From a virus, in the IMG/VR virus record IMGVR_UViG_3300045988_173913, positions 1 to 41,679 of that record: DNA of 41,679 bases; one strand, 5' to 3'. Positions 1 to 7,940 of this stretch are shown here, one piece after another (position 1 is the first letter of the stretch; each line of letters opens with the position of its first letter). The translations under genes were made by a program, and so were the position numbers. The notes beneath the pieces were generated by a model. It ran no database searches and was not told where the DNA came from. It was given only the letters and a program-made list of their open reading frames with translations.

Positions 1-60
1 AAAAGCACGGGCAAGGATTAAATAAAAGCACGGGCAAGGATTAAATAAAAGCACGGGCAA
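1..60. repeat. Tandem 23-bp repeat (aaaagcacgggcaaggattaaat), 2.6 copies, continuous with the array at the right end of the window
   Basis: Direct reading: the unit repeats at 1-23 and 24-46, with a partial copy at 47-60. The first 15 nt equal the last 15 nt of the window. Confidence 0.9.
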
Positions 61-192
61 GCCGTTTTCGGCGGCTTGTCTGTGCTGGAAAGCCGTCGGA
101 TGTTTCTTGCCTTTCTTGGCAATACGAAAATTTAACAGACGCCGAAAACACGGCGGAAGGGTATTCCAGGAATTATACAAAGATTTAAAAGC

Positions 193-618
193 ATGAATAA
201 GATATTTACAATTCTCACACTTGTTTGCGCCTTAAAAGCGCAAGCGGGTATAATTGCGGACACTCTATATATGGAAGCGCGGGGCGAGGGCGAACACGGA
301 CAAAGAGCTGTTGCAACTGTTATTTACAATCGAGCACACGGGAAGGCGGACAAAATTGAAGGCGTCTGTTTGAAGCCTAAACAATTTTCTTGCTGGAATG
401 GAAAGACGCCCAAAAGCGTCAAAATTGCGCCTAAAAACGCTTTTGACAAGCAAGCCTATATAATTGCCTTAAAAATAGAGAAAGAGCTTTTAAACGGCAA
501 TTTTAAGCCTTTGGGAGACTGGACGCACTACTTTAATCCGAAACTTTGCAATCCATCTTGGGCTAAGGGCGCAAAGCAAACACGGGTAGGGAATCATAAC
601 TTTTTAAAAACTAAATAG
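193..618 (+). CDS. SleB/Hydrolase_2-family cell-wall hydrolase with an N-terminal signal peptide (candidate endolysin or secreted lysin)
   Basis: The N-terminus MNKIFTILTLVCALKAQAG is hydrophobic and signal-like. MEARGEG...QRAVATVIYNR...FSCWN matches the conserved SleB-type hydrolase core. Confidence 0.6.
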   Translation: MNKIFTILTLVCALKAQAGIIADTLYMEARGEGEHGQRAVATVIYNRAHGKADKIEGVCLKPKQFSCWNGKTPKSVKIAPKNAFDKQAYIIALKIEKELLNGNFKPLGDWTHYFNPKLCNPSWAKGAKQTRVGNHNFLKTK

Positions 619-632
619 AAAAGGAATATATC

Positions 633-854
633 ATGGGCGCAACAAATGAATTTCCAAGCACGGGAAATATTGTTTTTGATTATTTGTTTATGGGGCTTAT
701 GCTATTCATGCAGGCTTTAATCTGGTGCGTTGATAAGATATTGAAATACCCTATCTTAACCGCGATTTTCCTCATCGTTGTTCTTATCCTTGCGATAATA
801 AATAGGACAATTGAGACAGAAATACGCGGGAATTTGTGGAAATGGAGACGGTAA
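633..854 (+). CDS. Small membrane protein with two predicted TM helices, possible holin partner of the upstream hydrolase
   Basis: 73 aa with two hydrophobic stretches (IVFDYLFMGLMLFMQALIWC; ILTAIFLIVVLILAII) and a charged C-terminus. It lies immediately downstream of the hydrolase. Confidence 0.35.
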   Translation: MGATNEFPSTGNIVFDYLFMGLMLFMQALIWCVDKILKYPILTAIFLIVVLILAIINRTIETEIRGNLWKWRR

Positions 855-855
855 G

Positions 856-1329
856 ATGAAACAAAGTTCGCTTTCTAAAATACGGGAATGCTTGCAAGAA
901 TATTGCAAAGAGAATTGCATTAACGTAAAGTTAAAGATAAAAAAGCACGGGAAAAACACCGAATATATTGCGCTTTATTTTATTGAAGTTTTCGACGCTT
1001 GCCCAGATGTTTTACAGAAAATCCTTAACTTTGTGGCAAGTATTAAGTTGGATAGAACGCCCACAATGCATTGCCCCGATGAGGGGATTTACCTGCACCC
1101 AGAAGATTTTTATGTTGTCCAAAAATCATTCTCAAAAAAGATAAAGAAAAAGGCAACAAACTTCTTAAAAAGAAGGTTTCCAATATTAGTGTCGCCCTAT
1201 CCTGATTGGGAACTATTAGTTTTTCAATTTCTCTGTGGGAATATACAGATTGGAGACGATGAACATTTGCTTAATAAATTTTGGCAAGAAATAGAACAAA
1301 AGAAGGGAAACAGCAGAAATGGAAAATAA
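856..1329 (+). CDS. Hypothetical protein (start moved to the internal ATG at 856 to avoid overlapping the upstream ORF)
   Basis: The track ORF is 811-1329. The ATG at 856 (MKQSS...) directly follows the stop of 633-854. Confidence 0.4.
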   Translation: MKQSSLSKIRECLQEYCKENCINVKLKIKKHGKNTEYIALYFIEVFDACPDVLQKILNFVASIKLDRTPTMHCPDEGIYLHPEDFYVVQKSFSKKIKKKATNFLKRRFPILVSPYPDWELLVFQFLCGNIQIGDDEHLLNKFWQEIEQKKGNSRNGK

Positions 1330-2440
1330 AGAATTATATGCACACGCAAGCGCATTTGCGCGGGTATGGGCTTGTCCTGCCAGCTTGCGCTTAGAAGATG
1401 GATTGCCGAGCGAAGCGAGCGCGGCAAGCGAGCACGGGGAGTACTTGCACGGGATAATGGAGACGGGATTGAATCCGGACATTGTTTCCAATCTTTCCGA
1501 CGAGGAAAAGCAGGGCTTAAAATATGTATATGAAAGACTTGCGGAAATAGAGCACAATAACGGCGGAATTTTGGAAGAAAAAAGGGAGCTTGCTCTTGAA
1601 TACAAAGACAAGCAGGGCAACAAGTTGCTTTCTGGGCGAATTGACAAGGTTTACATTACGGAATACGGAATTGATATAATTGATTATAAATTCGGTTCTC
1701 TGTCGGTTGAAAGCGCAGAAAAGAATTTGCAACTTGCTTGTTATGCGTTTTTGTATGTTGCGAGCAATCCTGAACTTGCGGGCAATACACGGGTAAGGGT
1801 GCATATTATTGCGCCTTTTGCGATAGGCAAGAAATACTCTACTGCCTTCTATACAGTTGAGGAAATTCGGGATATTATCGGTACTCAGATAATTGAAGCA
1901 ATCCACATTGCAAGAAAGACGAATGCGCGTTTTGCGTCTGATATTGGCGAACATTGCCGTTATTGCCGAGCAATAGGCATTTGCCCGAAACAAAAGGAGA
2001 ATGCTGAAATTGTAGTGGCAGAAGGCGAAAATACGCTAAGGCAAGGCGACTTTGCAATAACGCAAGATAATGCGCTGGAAGTCTTTAAGCAGTTGGAAGA
2101 ATGGAATAAACGTAAGTTGCAAGCGGAAAAGTATGTTGAAAAGGTCAAAGAGAATCTTGAAAGGTACGTCAACGATAGCAAGGACGAGCGTTTTGAATGG
2201 AAGCAGGGCGCACGGGTAATACAGTACACTGCGCAAGATGTTTATAACTATTTTAAGCAACTAATTCCGCCAGACAAATTTATAGACTTTTGCAAACCGC
2301 AAGTAATGAATCTTGTTGAGTATGTTTCTGGGCTTTCAAGGCGCAGCAAGGCGAAGGAAAAGAAAGCATTGGACGAAGCCTTGTTAAGTGCGGGGGTGGA
2401 AGTGAAATACAACAAATCAAAGTTAATTTTGAAGAAATAA
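1319..2440 (+). CDS. Cas4/RecB-like PD-(D/E)XK nuclease with a 4Fe-4S cysteine cluster; C-terminal coiled-coil
   Basis: An N-terminal Cys (WACPASL) plus C-x2-C-x5-C (HCRYCRAIGICP) fits the Cas4/AddB-type iron-sulfur arrangement. IDKVYITEYGIDIIDYKFG fits a D...E.K nuclease motif, and QLACYAFLY fits a QxxxY motif. Confidence 0.6.
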   Translation: MENKELYAHASAFARVWACPASLRLEDGLPSEASAASEHGEYLHGIMETGLNPDIVSNLSDEEKQGLKYVYERLAEIEHNNGGILEEKRELALEYKDKQGNKLLSGRIDKVYITEYGIDIIDYKFGSLSVESAEKNLQLACYAFLYVASNPELAGNTRVRVHIIAPFAIGKKYSTAFYTVEEIRDIIGTQIIEAIHIARKTNARFASDIGEHCRYCRAIGICPKQKENAEIVVAEGENTLRQGDFAITQDNALEVFKQLEEWNKRKLQAEKYVEKVKENLERYVNDSKDERFEWKQGARVIQYTAQDVYNYFKQLIPPDKFIDFCKPQVMNLVEYVSGLSRRSKAKEKKALDEALLSAGVEVKYNKSKLILKK

Positions 2441-2463
2441 CCTAAACGAAAGGAAAAATAAAA

Positions 2464-2778
2464 ATGAAACAATTAGACAAGACTCAGATAGCATTGATAA
2501 ACGCCGCAATCTTTGACGATTGCAAGAAGCTAAAAATCACATATGGAGAGCCAGACTTCTCCGCATATAGAGATGTAAAAGTCAAGGGTTCAAGCTGGAC
2601 AGACTGGATAGATTACTTGCTATCGGGCAAGATAAATCTGGAACAGCATTTCTCGTTCGGAAATTTGAGCCGCCGCCACAATGTGCGCAATGGCTTGTTA
2701 AACGCGAAACAGCTTGCGTTTTGGCAGGGGTACTTTATCGCAAAGTTTGATTGTGACTTTGGCATAAATAATTACTAA
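2464..2778 (+). CDS. Hypothetical protein
   Basis: 104-aa ORF, co-directional with its neighbours and tightly packed against them. Confidence 0.4.
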   Translation: MKQLDKTQIALINAAIFDDCKKLKITYGEPDFSAYRDVKVKGSSWTDWIDYLLSGKINLEQHFSFGNLSRRHNVRNGLLNAKQLAFWQGYFIAKFDCDFGINNY

Positions 2779-2800
2779 TCGGAAGAAAGGAGAATAGAAA

Positions 2801-3223
2801 ATGAGCAAGAAACTAAAAATTCAGTTTTGGAGAGCAGAAAAAGCTTTGGCAATGCAAGTATTAGAGCAGGAAGGTTTGCCTAAAAAGAAAAAAGAAGGCA
2901 ATATCCTCATTCTTGGCATTCCCGAATTCCGCGACGCCTATCTTTATTGGGCGGTTAATGCAATCGCTGATGAGCTGTTCGCGGGCGAAGGAGAGCTTAA
3001 AGTTGGCGAGATGTGCGAGGTGAGAGGTACTGAATTTGATATTTGGGAAAAAATGAAACTCATAGCAATTCTTCCAGAGCAATACAGAGAGCGATTCATT
3101 GCCGAAATGAAGAATTGCCCTACTGAGCACAGTTCTTTTAGATACGCCCGCCCAATTCACAAGCGTACAAAACCTACCGTTGAGGAATGCGGGAATGTTA
3201 TAACTTATACTTGGGAACAATAA
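2801..3223 (+). CDS. Hypothetical protein; its N-terminus is encoded by a 30-bp repeat that recurs at 4728
   Basis: 140-aa ORF preceded by an AAAGGAG RBS. Confidence 0.45.
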   Translation: MSKKLKIQFWRAEKALAMQVLEQEGLPKKKKEGNILILGIPEFRDAYLYWAVNAIADELFAGEGELKVGEMCEVRGTEFDIWEKMKLIAILPEQYRERFIAEMKNCPTEHSSFRYARPIHKRTKPTVEECGNVITYTWEQ

Positions 3224-3250
3224 ATAAACCAAAAAATGAAAGGAATAAAA

Positions 3251-3412
3251 ATGAAAAAGAGAAATAAAAAGCACGGGATAACACAAATCTCAATCTCATT
3301 CCCAAAGGAGATGTTGCCGAAGTTGGACGAATTGGCGCGAAGGCAGATGCGGAATCGTTCAAACTATATAACAACGTTAATTAAGGAACGAATTGAATCA
3401 AAAGAGCTTTAA
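3251..3412 (+). CDS. Ribbon-helix-helix (CopG/Arc/MetJ-like) DNA-binding protein, 53 aa, absent from the ORF track
   Basis: Manual translation gives MKKRNKKHGITQISISFPKEMLPKLDELARRQMRNRSNYITTLIKERIESKEL. The ISISFP..L..LDELA.....RS..I pattern is typical of RHH proteins. The RBS is aaaggaataaaaATG. Confidence 0.6.
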   Translation: MKKRNKKHGITQISISFPKEMLPKLDELARRQMRNRSNYITTLIKERIESKEL

Positions 3413-3435
3413 TTCAAATGAGGAAAGGAAATAAT

Positions 3436-3711
3436 ATGAAAAAAACAATTAAATCAACCAGCCCAAAATTTAAGGTAGGGGACATTGTATGGATTCCCTT
3501 CCCAGCGATATTGGACTCAGAGGGTAGTATATGCTTCATACAAACCACAATAACAGCATTGGTTTTTGAACTTAGAAATGGCAACGGAGTCTTTTGGGGA
3601 TATAAATTAGTAGATTTGCCCAATGGCAAATGTGCGGACGAAGACTCTGTATTTGCCTCAAAGGACGAATGCATTGCCTTCATTAACAAAGAATCGAACG
3701 AAGAACTATGA
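3436..3711 (+). CDS. Hypothetical small protein with a KOW/SH3-like motif (KFKVGDIVWIPFP)
   Basis: The track ORF is 3418-3711. The internal ATG at 3436 is preceded by a GAGGAAAGGA RBS. Confidence 0.45.
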   Translation: MKKTIKSTSPKFKVGDIVWIPFPAILDSEGSICFIQTTITALVFELRNGNGVFWGYKLVDLPNGKCADEDSVFASKDECIAFINKESNEEL

Positions 3712-4565
3712 ACACAGACGAATCAATCCAAATACTAAAAGAGAGTCCTATTGAAGTGGTTGACTCTATAAACCCGATAGAAGCCATTGAAAGGGCTAAT
3801 ATCGATATTCAAATTGCTACGGCAAAGAAGTATCCGAGAAGCTTGGCACGGGTTAAGAATGACATTCTTTCCACTGCCACACTGGACGAGGAAACAGCGG
3901 AGAGTTGTTTCTACGTCTTGCCCGCAAGAGGAAATGAAGGAGGCAAGCCCATACAAGGTGCGAGCGTACGCCTTGCGGAAATCGCAGTCAGTTGCTTTGG
4001 CAATATCAAGGCGGGGGCGAGAATCATTAGCAATGACGGTAATTTTGTCACCGCGCAAGGTATCTGCCACGACGTTGAGAAGAATGTTAGTGTGTCGGTA
4101 GAAGTTCGCAGGTCAATCAAGGGAAAGAATGGTAAGACCTATTCAGACAATATGATACAGGTCACTTCGCAAGCGGCTTGTGCGATTGCCTATCGCAATG
4201 CAGTGTTCAAGGTAGTTCCTCTTGCGCTTGTGAAGCCCGCATTGGACAAAGCCATGCAACTTGCAAAGGGAGACATTAAGAGCCTTTCCGAGAGAAGGGG
4301 CATAATGGTGGACAAATTTGCGAAGCTTGGAATAACGAAAGAAAGGCTCGCAGAGCGCGTTGGCAAGCTCTCCATAGAGGAGATAACCCTTGACGATTTG
4401 CAGACGCTCACAGGCTGCTACAATGCACTTAAAGACGGCGAAGCTGCTGTTGATGATATTTTCCCGCCGACTAAAAAGGAAGCTCCAAAGGCAGATCCTT
4501 TTGCGGACAGGGGAAACAACACAAAGAGTCCCGAAAAGGAAGAAGTAAAGGATTCTTTATTGTAA
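3708..4565 (+). CDS. Putative single-strand annealing/recombination protein (RecT-like)
   Basis: 285 aa. It sits in a phage recombination module next to the Cas4-like exonuclease. The segment QAACAIAYRNAVFKVVP weakly resembles RecT. The assignment is tentative. Confidence 0.4.
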   Translation: MNTDESIQILKESPIEVVDSINPIEAIERANIDIQIATAKKYPRSLARVKNDILSTATLDEETAESCFYVLPARGNEGGKPIQGASVRLAEIAVSCFGNIKAGARIISNDGNFVTAQGICHDVEKNVSVSVEVRRSIKGKNGKTYSDNMIQVTSQAACAIAYRNAVFKVVPLALVKPALDKAMQLAKGDIKSLSERRGIMVDKFAKLGITKERLAERVGKLSIEEITLDDLQTLTGCYNALKDGEAAVDDIFPPTKKEAPKADPFADRGNNTKSPEKEEVKDSLL

Positions 4566-4647
4566 TAAGCAAATGGGTATGCCATTCGGCGACCACTAAA
4601 TACACGGGTGGCATACCGCCTTATAGGGAAAAGAGAAAGAACAGGAA

Positions 4648-4878
4648 ATGATAGAGGAAGCGGACTTTCAGAAGATAGGCAATGCGGCGATTGACTTGTG
4701 CGTATTTGTAGAAAAGTTGCGCTTGGGCAAGAAACTAAAAATTCAGTTTTGGAGAGCCGAACGAGCACAAGCGATGCTCACTTGCTTCGATGTGTTTATA
4801 AATGGATATGGAACGATGCGAGACGCCAAGCGCGGCGCAGAGCGGTTCCTAAGGCGTTTGCAGGAGGCGGTGAAATAG
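4648..4878 (+). CDS. Hypothetical protein carrying an internal copy of the KKLKIQFWRAE peptide
   Basis: 76-aa ORF. It contains the 30-bp repeat shared with 2806-2835. Confidence 0.3.
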   Translation: MIEEADFQKIGNAAIDLCVFVEKLRLGKKLKIQFWRAERAQAMLTCFDVFINGYGTMRDAKRGAERFLRRLQEAVK

Positions 4879-4890
4879 AAAGGATAAGAT

Positions 4891-5250
4891 ATGGATACGA
4901 AATATAAACCCACAATATGTTTAGATTTTGACGGAGTTATAAACTCTTACAGTAAATGGACAGGTTATGATGACATTCCCGACCCGATTGTAGAAGGTGC
5001 GAAGGATTTTATTAACGAAGCAAAAAGCGAGTATAAGATTTGTATTTTTACGACAAGAGCTAAAACCGAAAGCGGAAAATTTGCGGTAAAAGAGTATCTT
5101 GAAAAGAATGATATAGAAGTCTCTGACATAGAAATCACAGATGCCAAACCTCCAGCGATTGTGTATATCGACGATAGGGCTATCTGCTTTACGGGGACTT
5201 TTACGGGATTGTTGGATAAAATAAAAGCATTTAAGCCATGGAATCGTTAA
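4891..5250 (+). CDS. Small HAD-superfamily phosphatase/nucleotidase-like protein
   Basis: The N-terminal ICLDFDGVIN is the HAD motif I (DxDGV). Downstream are IFTTR and YIDDR. Confidence 0.55.
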   Translation: MDTKYKPTICLDFDGVINSYSKWTGYDDIPDPIVEGAKDFINEAKSEYKICIFTTRAKTESGKFAVKEYLEKNDIEVSDIEITDAKPPAIVYIDDRAICFTGTFTGLLDKIKAFKPWNR

Positions 5251-5648
5251 AAGTTATGAACAAAATAAACTCAATCGAACAACTGGACGCACTTGGCGCA
5301 AAGATTTGTGAGCTATTACAAGTTGGGATAGACAAGGCAAGTGTTGTCGTGCCCGAAACGTTGCAACAAATTGTTGCGTGGACGCTCTACAAAAATGCTA
5401 CAATGTCTCTGTTTCTTATTGCCATTATCGCAGTGTTAATCTGGATAATGATACCGCTTTGCAAGAAATGTGTTTCGTCTGGTGACAACCCCGTTGTAAT
5501 GATGTATGGTACGGGAGTTAGTGGGTGCTTCATAGGGATAGCAGCGTCGTGTGAGCAGTTGATTACAGAATCAATCCCATCACTTATCAAGGCACTTGTC
5601 GCGCCAAACCTCGTGATAATCGAACAGCTCGGAGGGTTGGTGAAATGA
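5238..5648 (+). CDS. Membrane protein
   Basis: Strong TM helix MSLFLIAIIAVLIWIMIPLC. Confidence 0.4.
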   Translation: MESLKVMNKINSIEQLDALGAKICELLQVGIDKASVVVPETLQQIVAWTLYKNATMSLFLIAIIAVLIWIMIPLCKKCVSSGDNPVVMMYGTGVSGCFIGIAASCEQLITESIPSLIKALVAPNLVIIEQLGGLVK

Positions 5649-6139
5649 AGGACAAGAACGGAATCAATATTGAATGTCAAATTTGTGAAGCATTTGAATA
5701 CTGCAAAGATAGTTCTGCATATGAACAATGCCAAGATAAGGCATTTTCTCCGAGCAAGGAAGCCTATGAAGCCCGCATTGCGGAGTTTCAAAAGGAGCTG
5801 AATATCGTCCAAGAGTCCGAACGAGCGGAAGCGCAAGAGGCGGATAGGCTTCGAGGGGAAGTCAAAGAGCTGGGGACGAAGCTGACTGAAACCGTCAAGC
5901 TTTTGGGGGAAAGGTCAAGGGAGTGCGGAGAATTAGAAGCATACAATGAGGTGCTTCAAAGGAGGATTAGAGAGTTTTCAATGGAGCTTCTCGACCGAAC
6001 GATGAAAGAGAATAAAGACGTTTTGGAACGGCTTAAAAATTGGGAAGAATATTTGGATAAAGATATGTCGACGCAATCGACAGATGCCGCCGATGTGTCG
6101 AAAAACGGCGAAAAATCGACAGAAAGCGAGGAGAAATGA
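5645..6139 (+). CDS. Coiled-coil protein with an N-terminal Cys cluster
   Basis: The CQICEAFEYC...QCQ segment is followed by a long charged heptad-like region. Confidence 0.4.
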   Translation: MKDKNGINIECQICEAFEYCKDSSAYEQCQDKAFSPSKEAYEARIAEFQKELNIVQESERAEAQEADRLRGEVKELGTKLTETVKLLGERSRECGELEAYNEVLQRRIREFSMELLDRTMKENKDVLERLKNWEEYLDKDMSTQSTDAADVSKNGEKSTESEEK

Positions 6140-6498
6140 ACGACAACTTTTACATTGCAGTATCGGCAAGAGCTATTCTCAAAGACGGAAAGCGCAAATA
6201 CTTTCTTGGCAGGCTGACTTGCGCAAAGGATAGCCCCAAGATGTCTTGGCAAGTGCAAGAGCGAGATGAGCTTCAAAATGAGGATTCTTTAAGCCGAGCG
6301 ACAGCAAGGAAATATGGGATTTTTCTTCTTGCAACAAAAGATTCCATAAAGGACTTGCGCAGAGGTGTTGCGGAGTATTTCCGCAAAAACAATATAAAAA
6401 GCAAAGACGCTTTCGTGCAGTATTTTAGGCAATACATATACAATACAAGAGAAGTAGAGCTTGACTGGGTATTTGAGATAATCGGAAAGGTGAAATAA
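6136..6498 (+). CDS. Hypothetical protein
   Basis: 120-aa ORF with start/stop coupling to its neighbours. Confidence 0.4.
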   Translation: MNDNFYIAVSARAILKDGKRKYFLGRLTCAKDSPKMSWQVQERDELQNEDSLSRATARKYGIFLLATKDSIKDLRRGVAEYFRKNNIKSKDAFVQYFRQYIYNTREVELDWVFEIIGKVK

Positions 6499-6753
6499 AT
6501 GAAACACTATTGGATGCATTTTAAGGAAGATAAAGAAAGAGGGCTAAGAGAAAGTTGGTATTTAACATTGTCTTTTGCAAAACTCCCTTCATCTGGGTGG
6601 CTTTATCAACTCGATAACAAGGAGTGGATATTCTATACATATGACAGCAACACAAAGACGGATATTGAATTTAAAGGCATATCCAAGCGCGAAGCAATGA
6701 AGCGTTGTGTGGCGATTTTAAAACTGTTAAATGAAATGGAGAACGGAAAATGA
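6499..6753 (+). CDS. Hypothetical protein
   Basis: 84-aa ORF, start/stop-coupled to its neighbours. Confidence 0.4.
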   Translation: MKHYWMHFKEDKERGLRESWYLTLSFAKLPSSGWLYQLDNKEWIFYTYDSNTKTDIEFKGISKREAMKRCVAILKLLNEMENGK

Positions 6754-7055
6754 AAAGCAAAAAGAATAAGTCTATTACTGTCAATAAAGTAGGGGTAATG
6801 CCTACTATTGAGGAAATTGAAGTTATTCCTCATTGTACTCAAGATATACAGTATTCAAGTCCAAGTAAAGGCCCTTGGATATATGAAAATAAGATTGCTG
6901 TTCGAGTGACGCATACAGATGTGGAAATTTGTTTTAGATTCTACGAAGATTTACGAGGATTTTCTATGGAAAGTATTCTTAGCGCAATCAGCGATACGTT
7001 AATCAAGCGCGTAAAAGAAGGGAGTATGGCAAATGAGCCAGACATTAGTGTGTAG
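6750..7055 (+). CDS. Hypothetical protein
   Basis: 101-aa ORF, coupled to its neighbours. Confidence 0.4.
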   Translation: MKSKKNKSITVNKVGVMPTIEEIEVIPHCTQDIQYSSPSKGPWIYENKIAVRVTHTDVEICFRFYEDLRGFSMESILSAISDTLIKRVKEGSMANEPDISV

Positions 7056-7178
7056 ATACGTTTATTGCAAGCGGAATTGCCCGTTCTCGTACCGAAACAA
7101 TCCTAACGCAAAGGGAGTGCGCATAGTATCGTGGGAGTGCTTTAAGAATTGCAAAAAGATAAAAAGAAAGGACTAACA

Positions 7179-7394
7179 ATGCTAACATTCACAATAAACG
7201 ATAAACAAGGCGTTGAGCTAACATTTGACGGCGAGGACAAAAGGCTTGCCGAGCTTAACGCAGGGAACGGCGCAACAGCGCAAGACGTAGCTCTTGGCGC
7301 GGCAGTAGTGCAGGCGTTAAAACTAATGAACTATAAGCCGCGAATGGAGCTTGTTAATAATTTGATTAGAGCAAAAGAAAGAAAGGATAAGTAA
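7179..7394 (+). CDS. Hypothetical protein (start set at the internal ATG with an AAAGGA RBS)
   Basis: The track ORF is 7149-7394. The ATG at 7179 has better RBS spacing. Confidence 0.35.
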   Translation: MLTFTINDKQGVELTFDGEDKRLAELNAGNGATAQDVALGAAVVQALKLMNYKPRMELVNNLIRAKERKDK

Positions 7395-7687
7395 TGAATA
7401 ACGATATAAAACTAAAACCGTGCCCATTTTGCGGGCAAATACCAGAACTAATGGGCGAAGAAACTGACGAGCCTATCAGCGTACATTGCAATCAATGCGA
7501 CTATGACATTGGCTATTTTGATACGGTGGAAGAAGCCGCAGAGGCTTGGAATACGAGGAAGGAAGAAACCTTCACAAAAGATGAAGCGGATTGGATTCTA
7601 AACCTTCTTGTGTCGGAGTATACGAACACACCTCAATGTAAATCTATTATTGCAAAGTGCGAAAGAATTTTGGGAACAAAGGATTAA
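7394..7687 (+). CDS. Lar-family restriction-alleviation protein
   Basis: KPCPFCG ... CNQCDY ... EAWNTR matches the conserved Zn-ribbon and AWN(T/R)R signature of the Lar family. Confidence 0.55.
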   Translation: MNNDIKLKPCPFCGQIPELMGEETDEPISVHCNQCDYDIGYFDTVEEAAEAWNTRKEETFTKDEADWILNLLVSEYTNTPQCKSIIAKCERILGTKD

Positions 7688-7910
7688 CGATGGAAGGACG
7701 AAAAAATATAAAGAAAAAATAAGACATGCCGTGGTGTATAGATACAACAAGAAACAACATACTGGTTATCGCTTATTAGCGATTTGTGATACTCGCCAAA
7801 CGGCAGAAAGCAAGATGAAACAAATGTCCAAAGATTTTAAAATTAAATCATTACAAATATCGGTTGAACCTTTTATGGTTTGTAAAACCAGAAACAAAGA
7901 CAAAAAGTAG
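7608..7910 (+). CDS. Doubtful ORF overlapping the Lar gene by 80 nt
   Basis: There is no in-frame ATG before residue 70 once past the overlap. It may start at GTG 7731, or it may be non-coding. Confidence 0.2.
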   Translation: MCRSIRTHLNVNLLLQSAKEFWEQRINDGRTKKYKEKIRHAVVYRYNKKQHTGYRLLAICDTRQTAESKMKQMSKDFKIKSLQISVEPFMVCKTRNKDKK

Positions 7911-7940
7911 ATTAAGAAAGAAATATAAAAGAGGAAAATT

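Noticed and set aside
56-170. Pair of small hairpins gccg-tttt(c)-ggc and gccg-aaaaca-cggc between the terminal repeats and the hydrolase gene
   Set aside because: The stems are short (4-7 bp) and there are no adjacent U-runs. They could be incidental. Noted only as possible parts of the terminus region.
3436-3711. Possible MazF/PemK-like toxin downstream of the RHH gene (GDIVWIPFP motif)
   Set aside because: The similarity is limited to a short N-terminal motif that also fits generic SH3/KOW-like folds. The rest does not match MazF/CcdB.
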